Positions 1-8,067 of a DNA stretch of 55,601 bases are shown here, piece after piece. Numbering within the stretch: position 1 is the first letter of the stretch; every line of letters begins with the position of its first letter. The stretch spans positions 1 through 55,601 of the forward strand of contig DASRXR010000480.1 of assembly GCA_035687405.1 (NCBI GenBank). The letters run 5' to 3'. A program made the translations under genes and the position numbers. The notes below the pieces were generated by a model. That model saw nothing but the letters and a program-made list of their open reading frames with translations. It had not been told where the DNA came from and did not search any database. This DNA comes from Polyangiales bacterium. Lineage in GTDB: Bacteria > Myxococcota_A > Polyangia > Polyangiales > JAFGIB01.

Positions 1-280
1 CGACGCGATCGACGCGCACACCCGTCGCATCGTGCGTCTGCAGCTGGGGCGTGAACTGATTCGCCGCGCGCGCCCACTCGATGGCTTCTTGGCCACCGAC
101 GACAGACCCAAACGTGAGCAGCGGAGCTTGAGCCCACGCCGCACCTTCACGTTGGATCGCCTCCACGAGCGGCTGATCGGTCTCGAATACGTTGTAATCC
201 GCGAGCGGAGGCGCCTGATTCGAGACTGCGTGTGTAGCGTGACCAGTGTCGCCTTCGGACGAATCCACTTCAGCAGTCAT
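1..280 (-). CDS. AidB-like acyl-CoA dehydrogenase, N-terminal fragment (gene continues past the left edge)
   Basis: Absent from the ORF track because it has no stop codon inside the window. The reverse complement from the ATG at 280-278 reads MTAEVDSSEGDTGHATHAVSNQAPPLADYNVFETDQPLVEAIQREGAAWAQAPLLTFGSVVGGQEAIEWARAANQFTPQLQTHDATGVRVDRV. The pattern TH.V.NQ.PPL..YN.F..D..L.EA..REGA.WA ... AN...P.L.THD..G.R.D.V matches my recollection of AidB-type N-termini. The start overlaps the stop of the upstream sigma gene as ATGA (277-280). Confidence 0.6.
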   Translation of the reverse strand, partial: MTAEVDSSEGDTGHATHAVSNQAPPLADYNVFETDQPLVEAIQREGAAWAQAPLLTFGSVVGGQEAIEWARAANQFTPQLQTHDATGVRVDRV

Positions 281-1560
281 GCGCTCGCTCCGTTCTCGGC
301 TTGCTTACGACAAGTTTCGGCGCGCTCGCGCAGCACGTCCTGCTCCCGCGTGTTGCGCGTCAGCGAGGCCGCACGCTCGAATTCGACCACTGCCTCCTGC
401 CAGCGTTCGAGCTTGCTGAGCAGGTCGCCCCGAACCGCAGGCAACAAGTGATAGTTCTGCATCATCGGTAGTGACGTCAGCTGATCCACGATCGGCAGCG
501 CTGCCGCAGCACCGAACGCCATCGACACCGCGACCGCGCGATTGAGCTCCACGACCGGCGACGGCGTGCGTTCCGCGAGCGTTTCATACACGGACGCGAT
601 GCGCGCCCAATCGGTCTCATCCGCAGTTTGCGCACGCGCGTGACAGGCAGCGATCGCAGCTTGCAACGCGTAAGGACCTCGATCACCACCGAGCTGTTCC
701 GCACGCTCGAGCGCCGCGAGCCCGCGGCGAATCAACAAGCGATCCCACAACGTGCGATTCTGCTCGAGCAGCAAGATCGGCTCGCCCTTCGGACCGATGC
801 GCGCGCGCGAACGCGACGCCTGAATCTCCATCAACGCGATCAGCCCCTGCACCTCGGGCTCTTGTTTCATGAGCTCGGCCAAGATGCGCCCGAGCCGAAT
901 CGCATCCTCACACAACCCAGGCCGCATCCAATCATCGCCCGCAGTCGCCGAGTAGCCCTCGTTGAACACGAGGTAGATCACCTCGAGCACCGATGCGAGC
1001 CGCGTCGAAAGCTCGGGGCCGCGCGGCACTTCAAAGGGCACTTGCGCGTCCGCGAGCGAGCGCTTCGCACGCACGATTCGCTGCGCGATCGTCGGCTCCG
1101 GCACCAGAAACGCACGCGCAATCTCGTCCGTCGTCAGGCCACCGAGCAAACGCAACGTCAGCGCGACACGCGCCTCGGTCGACAACACCGGATGGCACGC
1201 CGTGAACACGAGCCGCAGCAAGTCGTCGCCGATGTCGTCATCGAGCGCGGCTTCGAGGTCCGGGACCGCGTTCTGGCGCTCTTCGACTTCGGGCGCGAGC
1301 TCCGCATGTTTGCGCTCGAGCAGCTTGTTGCGACGAAGCTCGTCGATCGCGCGCCGCTTCGCAGTCGCCATCAACCAAGCGCCGGGATTGTCCGGCACCC
1401 CGGCCTCGGGCCACTTCTCGAGGGCAGTCACGAGCGCGTCCTGCGCCAACTCCTCCGCGCGTCCGACGTCGCGGACCATGCGCGCGAGACCCGCGATCAG
1501 CCGGGCCGATTCGATGCGAAAGACGGCGTGAATTGCACGATGTGTTTCGCTGTCGGCCAC
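277..1560 (-). CDS. ECF-type sigma-70 family factor with a long C-terminal helical extension
   Basis: ORF 277..1689 (-). Region 2 is AEELAQDALVTALEKWPEAGVPDNPGAWLMATAKRRAIDELRR and region 4 is LGGLTTDEIARAFLVPEPTIAQRIVRAKRSL. About 230 extra residues follow, which is the architecture of the large (~420 aa) ECF class. The track start at 1689 leaves only 19 nt to the divergent gene. I prefer the GTG at 1560, which follows a GGAG; the start is uncertain. Confidence 0.8.
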   Translation of the reverse strand: MADSETHRAIHAVFRIESARLIAGLARMVRDVGRAEELAQDALVTALEKWPEAGVPDNPGAWLMATAKRRAIDELRRNKLLERKHAELAPEVEERQNAVPDLEAALDDDIGDDLLRLVFTACHPVLSTEARVALTLRLLGGLTTDEIARAFLVPEPTIAQRIVRAKRSLADAQVPFEVPRGPELSTRLASVLEVIYLVFNEGYSATAGDDWMRPGLCEDAIRLGRILAELMKQEPEVQGLIALMEIQASRSRARIGPKGEPILLLEQNRTLWDRLLIRRGLAALERAEQLGGDRGPYALQAAIAACHARAQTADETDWARIASVYETLAERTPSPVVELNRAVAVSMAFGAAAALPIVDQLTSLPMMQNYHLLPAVRGDLLSKLERWQEAVVEFERAASLTRNTREQDVLRERAETCRKQAENGASA

Positions 1561-1708
1561 GGTCTCCGATGAAAGCACCTTCAGCCGTGAGCGCAAGTCT
1601 TCGAGCGGTTTCGAGGCTGCCGCCTGCAGATTTGCAGACGGATCACGGGGCGCCGGTGATCGGTTCCTCGAGTATGCTCGGACGCACACCCGAACCGAGG
1701 AGTCCCGC

Positions 1709-2407
1709 GTGGCCGAACTCGTGACCTACACGCTCGATGGCGCCGTCGCCACCATCACGATGGACGACGGCAAGGCGAACTCGCTGTCTCCGACCATGCT
1801 CGCAGCCCTGAACAGTGCGCTGGACCGCGCGGCCGCGGATAACGCAGTCGTCGTTCTGACGGGGCGGGAAGGGCGATTTTCCGCGGGTTTCGATCTCGGT
1901 GTGCTGCGTGCCGGGGGCAGCGAGGCGCACGGAATGCTGATGGGCGGCTTCAGGTTGTGCGAACGGCTGCTCTCGTTTCCGCTTCCCACCGTCGCGGCAT
2001 GTAATGGTCACGCGATCGCCGCCGGGTCGTTCCTCTTGCTGTCGTGTGACGTGCGGCTAGGAGCGGCAGGCGCGTTCAAGATCGGGGCGAACGAAGTCGC
2101 GATCGGCCTGACGATGCCTTACACCGCGATCGAGCTGATGCGCCAGCGACTCAATCCGCGCTTCTTTAGTCGTTGCGCGCTGACGGCCGAGATCTTGGCG
2201 CCGGACGACGCGGTGTTAGCTGGCTTCCTAGATCAAACCGTCCCCGCTGCAGAAGTGCTCGTAGACGCACTAGAGCTGGCGATCGGCTTCGCCAAGTTGG
2301 ACCTCAAAGCACACGCGGCGTCGAAACAACGGGTTCGCGAGACTACGTTCGCTGCAGTGCGCAAAGCGATCGAGCTCGACGACTCAGACCTGCGCTCCAG
2401 GTTCTAG
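1709..2407 (+). CDS. enoyl-CoA hydratase/isomerase (crotonase) family protein
   Basis: 232 aa. The N-terminus VTYTLDGAVATITMDDGKANSLSPTMLAALNSALDRAAADNAVVVLTGREGRFSAGFDL is the classic crotonase fold signature. Confidence 0.85.
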   Translation: MAELVTYTLDGAVATITMDDGKANSLSPTMLAALNSALDRAAADNAVVVLTGREGRFSAGFDLGVLRAGGSEAHGMLMGGFRLCERLLSFPLPTVAACNGHAIAAGSFLLLSCDVRLGAAGAFKIGANEVAIGLTMPYTAIELMRQRLNPRFFSRCALTAEILAPDDAVLAGFLDQTVPAAEVLVDALELAIGFAKLDLKAHAASKQRVRETTFAAVRKAIELDDSDLRSRF

Positions 2408-2426
2408 TCGTATACGTTGAGCGGGC

Positions 2427-3479
2427 ATGACACCGGAAGACCGGCCCATCCCGAGCGAGGTTCGCGCGCAGTTCGGCGAGTACTTCGAAAGTCCGCGCGC
2501 GAACGGACACTATCGCAATCCGTGGGGGCACCCAGCGCTTCCAACCGGCCGCGACGTTTTGCGTTGGAAAACGTCGCCGAACGATCAGCGCGTGAAAGGC
2601 TACCGCGCGCGCTCGCTCTCCGTGCCAAGCACCGGACTCGCCGACTTCGAAGCGCTCGTGGGTTATCCGACGCGGCTGTTTTGGATCGGCCATGCATCGT
2701 TTTTGTGCGAGCTCGACGGAACGCGTTTCGTGATCGATCCAATCTTCGGTCGAGCCGGTGGCGTCGTGAAGCGCGTGACGCCGCCAGCGGCAATGCCCGA
2801 TCAGCTGACTGACATCTCGGCGGTGCTCGTCACGCACGGACATCACGATCATCTCGACCCGGCATCGCTGCAAAAACTCGCGCAGGCGCAAAAGGGCCGA
2901 GCCGTGTTCGTCGTGCCTCGCGGGCTCGCGAGTGTTCTGCCGCGCGAGTGCACGCCGGCGATCGAGCTGGACTGGTGGCAGTTCGTGCAGATCGGCGCCG
3001 TACGCGTGCATCTCGTGCCCGCGCAGCACTGGCATCGTCGGGGCGCGTTCGACACGAACAAGAGCTTGTGGGGCGGCTACGTGATCGAGGGCACGCATCG
3101 CGTCTATCACACCGGTGACACGGGTTACTTCGGAGGCTTCGAAGCGATCGGTCGCGTGTTCGACGGTATCGACGTCGCGTGTCTCCCGCTCGGCGCATAC
3201 GAACCGCGCTGGTTCATGTCGGCGCAACACATGAGCCCCGAGCAGTCGCTGCAAGCACAAGTGGATCTGAATGCGACGCACTTCGTCGGCATGCACTGGG
3301 GGACTTACGACCTCAGCAACGAGCCGATCGAAGCCGGTCCGGTGCTCGTGCAACGGGTTGCAGCGGAGCGCGGCATCGGCCCGGATCGGTTACACGTCAT
3401 CGAGCCGGGCGGCAGCGTGGCGCTCGCCGGCGCGCGCGGCCAAACGCGCGCCGAGGTTCGCCACCGCTACGCGATGTAG
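2427..3479 (+). CDS. MBL-fold metallo-hydrolase (NAPE-PLD-like)
   Basis: 350 aa. It has the HxHxDH motif VLVTHGHHDHLD and later His/Asp ligands (YHTGDTGY, GMHWGTYDL), typical of beta-lactamase-fold hydrolases. Confidence 0.8.
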   Translation: MTPEDRPIPSEVRAQFGEYFESPRANGHYRNPWGHPALPTGRDVLRWKTSPNDQRVKGYRARSLSVPSTGLADFEALVGYPTRLFWIGHASFLCELDGTRFVIDPIFGRAGGVVKRVTPPAAMPDQLTDISAVLVTHGHHDHLDPASLQKLAQAQKGRAVFVVPRGLASVLPRECTPAIELDWWQFVQIGAVRVHLVPAQHWHRRGAFDTNKSLWGGYVIEGTHRVYHTGDTGYFGGFEAIGRVFDGIDVACLPLGAYEPRWFMSAQHMSPEQSLQAQVDLNATHFVGMHWGTYDLSNEPIEAGPVLVQRVAAERGIGPDRLHVIEPGGSVALAGARGQTRAEVRHRYAM

Positions 3480-4514
3480 TCACTGCGCCTTGATCTCGCC
3501 GCACGCGATGCGTTTCGTCGGGTCGTCGGGATCGTGAAGCACCATGACGTGGCCGACCACGTTCGACTCCATGGGCGGCCCCACCGTCCACGGCTTCGCG
3601 TCGGAGGAATCGCGTTGCGTGAGCACCATCCCGATCGCGTTCGAGCAAGCGACGTTTGGAATGCCTTCGCCGCGCGGCGGATCCCAGTGACCACCTTGGC
3701 TCATCTCATCGGCGCAGCTCGTGCCCGTGTGGATGTGAATCGGGTACGACTTGCCGTTCTGACACTGCGTCAGCGCGATCGAGATCTCGATGCTCGGGCC
3801 GAGGTTGGTGAACGTGACCACGCCCATGGTCGTCGTGAGCGGAACGCTCGCTGCGGAACCCGCGGCGCCAGCGCCCGCAGTTGAACCACCCGCACCTGCG
3901 GCTACGCCACCTGCGCCAGCGGTACCGCCAGCACCTGCCGTCACGCCTCCAGCGCCAGCGGTCATGCCGCCGGAACCACCACGGCCACCGGAGCCTCCGC
4001 GGCCACCCGATCCGCCGCGACCGCTCGCGCCGCTGCCGCCGCGGCCACCCGAACCACCGCGACCTCCACTGCCTGCAGTCATGCCTCCCGCACCCGCGGT
4101 TGCGCCGCCAGCGCCCCCACTCATTCCACCTGCACCCGCCGTTGCGCCGGCGCTTCCGCCCGCGCCGCCAGCACCTGCGCTGCCGCTCGCACCACCGGCA
4201 CCGGCCGCGCTTGGTGGCGCGAGTAGTGGAGTGAGGTTTGCGATGGCCTTCGCTAGATTTCCCTGCGGCACAGGTGCGGCTCGACCTGCGCGACCGCCTC
4301 CAGCGACGCCAGCTGCACCGCCTGCGCCGCGGCCTGCTGGACTGCCTGCTCGCACGTACGAGCCGCCACCAGCTCCACCGGTCGTCGTCGGATTTGTCGC
4401 CGAGCCTTCGTCGCCCCCGCATGCCGCCAGTACGAGCGAGCACGCTGCAGCAACGAGTCGTCTCGTGGATTGATTCGCCACGGGTTCCTCCCTCGGACGC
4501 GCGCGCACTGTCAT
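3480..4514 (-). CDS. lipoprotein with a long Gly/Ala-rich linker and a C-terminal Cu,Zn-superoxide-dismutase-like domain
   Basis: 344 aa. Lipobox LVLAAC|GG. The linker spans aa ~44-220. The C-terminal part carries IHIHTGTSC, GGHWDP, GHVMVLHDPDD and RIACGEIKAQ. These are collinear with SodC motifs HIHxxGSC, GGHxDP, GHAIxIH and RxACGVI. Confidence 0.7.
   Translation of the reverse strand: MTVRARPREEPVANQSTRRLVAAACSLVLAACGGDEGSATNPTTTGGAGGGSYVRAGSPAGRGAGGAAGVAGGGRAGRAAPVPQGNLAKAIANLTPLLAPPSAAGAGGASGSAGAGGAGGSAGATAGAGGMSGGAGGATAGAGGMTAGSGGRGGSGGRGGSGASGRGGSGGRGGSGGRGGSGGMTAGAGGVTAGAGGTAGAGGVAAGAGGSTAGAGAAGSAASVPLTTTMGVVTFTNLGPSIEISIALTQCQNGKSYPIHIHTGTSCADEMSQGGHWDPPRGEGIPNVACSNAIGMVLTQRDSSDAKPWTVGPPMESNVVGHVMVLHDPDDPTKRIACGEIKAQ
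3966..4070 (-). repeat. in-frame imperfect tandem coding repeat, (GGRGGS)n, inside the SodC-like linker
   Basis: It encodes SGGRGGSGGRGGSGASGRGGSGGRGGSGGRGGSGG (aa 149-183). The DNA units use varied codons, so the repeat is imperfect at nucleotide level. Confidence 0.8.
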
Positions 4515-4839
4515 GCTGACGAAACGCGCTATGACTCTGACGGTTCTCGCCCGAGAGCCTCGCGCGAGATCGGGTACAAGCTAACTAAGCGATCGCCGTA
4601 TCGTCGGATCCCGTCGACGAAACTCGATCGCTTCTAGTCCGACGCTCGTCGCGAGACAAGCACCTCGCGCTGCACTGCGCGCGCAAATCCTCGTTCACTT
4701 GGATTGTGCGCACCGAAGTGCTGCGATCAGCAACGCTGGTGTTCTTGCAGCGAGCTGGAAATGAGCCTGCGATCCAAACTCGAGCCGCCCGAGAGTGGTG
4801 AGAGTGAATCGCGAAACTCTGATGCCTTTGGGAGACGCG

Positions 4840-5106
4840 CTAGTTCGCGCGCAGCCGCAAGCCGGCTACACGCGACACGCCACCGGTAAAGAACGGCGGC
4901 GCTTCAGGGTCGCGTCCCAACCCGAAGTTGCTATCGGTTCGAGCCTCGATCCGACCCTTGCACGACAGCGTGAGCGTGAACCTCGTCGGGATGAAGCCAA
5001 CTTGTTCACCCGAAGGCGCGAACAGGTTCTTGATGAAGCGACCGCGGTAGGCGTTGCCGCCATCAGCTTCCGATCCGACTGCCCGCGACGATTCGACACG
5101 TCCCAT
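4840..5106 (-). CDS. hypothetical small protein (88 aa)
   Basis: Internal ATG of ORF 4840..5238 (-). The sequence is MGRVESSRAVGSEADGGNAYRGRFIKNLFAPSGEQVGFIPTRFTLTLSCKGRIEARTDSNFGLGRDPEAPPFFTGGVSRVAGLRLRAN. GC3 is about 72% by hand count and the composition looks protein-like. I recognise no family and see no signal peptide. The upstream part of the ORF overlaps the ndh-like start and looks like junk. Confidence 0.3.
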   Translation of the reverse strand: MGRVESSRAVGSEADGGNAYRGRFIKNLFAPSGEQVGFIPTRFTLTLSCKGRIEARTDSNFGLGRDPEAPPFFTGGVSRVAGLRLRAN

Positions 5107-5153
5107 GTCACACGCGTTCTGGCTGGCTCGTCTGATCTCTCGAGGAGCTAGAA

Positions 5154-6332
5154 ATGCACATCTTGGTTTTGGGAGCTGGGTATGCCGGCGTGATGGCTGC
5201 GTTGCGACTTGCGCGGGAGACCGCTGCGGGACCTGCACAGCAAAATCTACCGCCCACGCGAGTGACGCTGGTCAATGCACGCGATGAGTTCGTAGAACGG
5301 ATTCGCTTGCATCAAGTCGCGGCGGGGTGGACTGCGCCGGCACGTCCACTATCGGCAATGTTCGCGAACACCGGTGTCGAGCTGCGCGTCGGTGCGGTCC
5401 GCGCGATCGATCTTGCGGCTCGCCAGGTCGACGTCGCGGGCGAGAGGATCGGGTACGACCGCCTGGTGCTCGCGCTCGGCTCGAGCGTCGACCTCGAGTC
5501 GGTTCCGGGAGCGCGCGAGCACGCGTTCACGCTCGACCCGCAGCGCGCGCAGGTTTTGGCAGCGCGGATGCCGCAGCTGGCAGCTGCGGGCGCGAAGGTC
5601 GTGATCGCCGGCAATGGGTTGACCGGAATCGAAGCTGCGAGCGAGCTCGCCGAACACTGGCCAGGGTTGCGCGTGATACTCGTCGGCGCAGGACCCGTCG
5701 CGGCCGAGCTGTCCGAGCCGGCGCGCGCTCACGTCCGCCGGCAGCTAACGGCTGCAGGGATCGAAGTCCTCGAGTCGGTTCGAGTCGAACGCGTGACGGC
5801 CGATGCGGTCTGGACCGCTGCGGGGCAGATCGAGTGCGACGCATGTGTGTGGGCCGCCGGCTTCCGCGCGCCGGCACTCGCGCGAGATGCGGGCTTCGAT
5901 GTGAACGAACGCGGTCAAGTGCGCGTCGACGCGTGCTTGCGATCGCTCTCACACCCCGACGTCTACGTGGCTGGCGATCTCGCATGGCTTCCGCCAGAAC
6001 TCGGTGCACCTCTGCCGATGGGATGCAAGAGTGCCGGTCCGGCCGGCGGGCACGTCGCGCACAACTTGGTGCGCGAGCTCGCAGGAACAACTCCACGACA
6101 CATGCGGTTCCGCGCACCGGCGTATTGCATGAGTCTCGGACGGCGTGACGGCGTACTTCAACTGCGTGGTCGCGATGGTTCCATGACTGGACCGATCATG
6201 ACCGGTCGTTTAGCTGCGTACGTCAAGGAGCTCATCTGCAGCGGAGCGGTCTGGGTGCTGCGTTTCGAGCACAAACGTAGCCAGCGGAGAGCTGTGGATC
6301 GCGCGTTGGCGCCGATGGCTGCGGGTGGATAG
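5154..6332 (+). CDS. NAD(P)/FAD-dependent oxidoreductase, type II NADH dehydrogenase-like
   Basis: 392 aa. There are two Rossmann dinucleotide motifs: MHILVLGAGYAGV at the N-terminus and VVIAGNGLTGIEAASEL. VYVAGDL lies near the C-terminal third. GAGGAG lies upstream of the ATG. Confidence 0.85.
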   Translation: MHILVLGAGYAGVMAALRLARETAAGPAQQNLPPTRVTLVNARDEFVERIRLHQVAAGWTAPARPLSAMFANTGVELRVGAVRAIDLAARQVDVAGERIGYDRLVLALGSSVDLESVPGAREHAFTLDPQRAQVLAARMPQLAAAGAKVVIAGNGLTGIEAASELAEHWPGLRVILVGAGPVAAELSEPARAHVRRQLTAAGIEVLESVRVERVTADAVWTAAGQIECDACVWAAGFRAPALARDAGFDVNERGQVRVDACLRSLSHPDVYVAGDLAWLPPELGAPLPMGCKSAGPAGGHVAHNLVRELAGTTPRHMRFRAPAYCMSLGRRDGVLQLRGRDGSMTGPIMTGRLAAYVKELICSGAVWVLRFEHKRSQRRAVDRALAPMAAGG

Positions 6333-6460
6333 TTCACGCGATGCTGGCACTCCGCGTTCGCATGCTTATGTCGAGCGCGGTGTGGCCAACCTCGCTTGCA
6401 TCGTGCAGTGCCGTTGGCTAGTTCGCCGCGTTGGAACCCGTTTTGCCAGGGGCTTTGCAC

Positions 6461-7738
6461 ATGAAATTCTCAAGCGTGCTCGTGTTCGCTCTGTTCGTCG
6501 TGATGTGGCAGGGCTGTGACGACAATAAGAGCGAACAACAAGGCGGTATCCGCGACGACGATGGTGGAATACAGGACTCCAGCGTGAAGTCCGATAGCGG
6601 TAGCGGGCAGTCGAAGGACGCTGGCGACGATGGTGCGGGTAGCGGCGGTTCGGGTGGCACTTCGGGGTCTGGAGGCGAGGGCGACAGCGCTGGAGCCGGA
6701 GGCGAAGGCGTAGACACCGGCGGTGCAGGCAACGCGGGCGCGCCGGCAGCCGGAGCAGGTGGAATGAGTGGTGCGGGCGAAAGCGTCGCCGGAGCGGCGG
6801 CGAGTGGCGCTGGCAGTGGCGGCGCAGCCGGCACCGCTGAAGCAGGTGCCGGTGGCAGCGCGGGTGCCGGTGAAACCGCGGGCGCGGGCGGCGAATCGGG
6901 AACTGGTGCTGAAGCTGGTAGCGGCGGCGATGCCGGTAGCGGCGATGCCGGTGAGCCGAGCGACAGTCGCTGCGGAACGCGCGGCGGCGCAACCTGCGGC
7001 GACGCACAGTTCTGCAACTTCCAACCAGAGCCGAACCAGGAATGCGGCGGAACCGATCGCGGTGGCGTGTGCGAAGACAAGCCGCAGATTTGCAACGACC
7101 TGTATGAACCGGTCTGCGGCTGCGACAACCGCACGCACGCAAACGTTTGTTTCACGCATCTCGACGGCGTTTCGTTGAAGCACGAAGGGCTGTGCACGCG
7201 GGCCGAGTGCTCGTCCGCCGGCGGTCACGCAGTGTTGAGCGATGGCGCGAGCCAGCCGACGTGTGGGCAGGGCGAACGAAGCTGGAGCATCGACAGCGGC
7301 GGCGATGAGCCAGCCGTGTGTTGCGTGCAAGAGCAATCGAGCGGTCGGACGTGCGGTGGGATCGCCGCGCTCCAATGCGATACGCGCGAGTTCTGCAACT
7401 ACGAAGCGAGCGCGGGCGGTCAAGGTTGCGATGGAACGGTCAGCGATGCGGGCGGCATCTGCCAGGCGGTCCCGACCGTGTGCACGCGCGAGTACAATCC
7501 TGTCTGCGGTTGCGACAAGAAGTCGTACAGCAACGCGTGTGAAGCGCACTCCGTCGGCGTTGCGATCCTGCACGAAGGTGCGTGCACCGAGCTCGATTGT
7601 GCATCCGTGGCAGGTCGCGTCGTCTACGCGCCGGGTCCCGCTGCGATGTGCGCGCCGGGTGAAAACGAGTGGACCTTCGTCGTGAACAGCAGCGGATCGA
7701 TGGCGATCGAAGGCGCGATTTGCTGCCGGCAGCAGTGA
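6461..7738 (+). CDS. lipoprotein with an acidic Gly-rich linker and two Kazal-type (non-classical, 10-Cys) modules
   Basis: ORF 6431..7738, trimmed to the ATG at 6461 (MKFSSVLVFALFVVMWQGC, a lipobox). The two Kazal cores are ICNDLYEPVCGCDNRTHANVCFTHLDGVSLKHEGLC and VCTREYNPVCGCDKKSYSNACEAHSVGVAILHEGAC. Each is followed by a related ~45-aa Cys module. Confidence 0.75.
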   Translation: MKFSSVLVFALFVVMWQGCDDNKSEQQGGIRDDDGGIQDSSVKSDSGSGQSKDAGDDGAGSGGSGGTSGSGGEGDSAGAGGEGVDTGGAGNAGAPAAGAGGMSGAGESVAGAAASGAGSGGAAGTAEAGAGGSAGAGETAGAGGESGTGAEAGSGGDAGSGDAGEPSDSRCGTRGGATCGDAQFCNFQPEPNQECGGTDRGGVCEDKPQICNDLYEPVCGCDNRTHANVCFTHLDGVSLKHEGLCTRAECSSAGGHAVLSDGASQPTCGQGERSWSIDSGGDEPAVCCVQEQSSGRTCGGIAALQCDTREFCNYEASAGGQGCDGTVSDAGGICQAVPTVCTREYNPVCGCDKKSYSNACEAHSVGVAILHEGACTELDCASVAGRVVYAPGPAAMCAPGENEWTFVVNSSGSMAIEGAICCRQQ

Positions 7739-7759
7739 GTCGAGCGCGCGACTACCAGT

Positions 7760-7794
7760 GCGAGCACGCGCTCGATAAAAAGGCGCGTGCTCGC
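7760..7794 (+). terminator. stem-loop 22 nt downstream of the Kazal gene (12-bp perfect stem, 11-nt loop)
   Basis: GCGAGCACGCGC (7760-7771), loop tcgataaaaag, GCGCGTGCTCGC (7783-7794). No U-tract follows, so an intrinsic-terminator role is only plausible. Confidence 0.45.
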
Positions 7795-8067
7795 TCGGTA
7801 AACTGCGGACGAACCCCGGATGCCAATGGGTTCGCGTACTTTCCGAAGCTGATGGCTGCAAGACGCCAGGTCGCCTACATGTATGCGACGAGGTTGATGT
7901 GCGTTGGCACGCGTGCAGCTCGTAGCTGCACACATCCACCTTCTTGACGCCAGTGCAAGCTTGGAACAGCGTAGCCAACTGAGCCATGTCGTGTCTGTCG
8001 CGGGCACATAAGCATGGGCGGTACGCACTCTGTCGAGCGTACCGGTGGGCAATCAAGAGGTGTAGGA

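Noticed and set aside
32-451. A 139-aa plus-strand ORF at the left edge.
   Set aside because: The opposite strand of 1-280 gives a clean AidB-like N-terminus coupled by ATGA to the sigma gene. The plus-strand product is Arg/Ser-rich and spans that gene junction.
3790-4300. Periodic G-rich DNA (also 6560-6960, 43560-43860 and 44440-44640), checked as a possible CRISPR array or non-coding tandem repeat.
   Set aside because: There is no repeat-spacer structure. The periodicity is codon-level (GGN/GCN), in frame with Gly/Ala linkers of exported proteins. No cas genes are present in the window.
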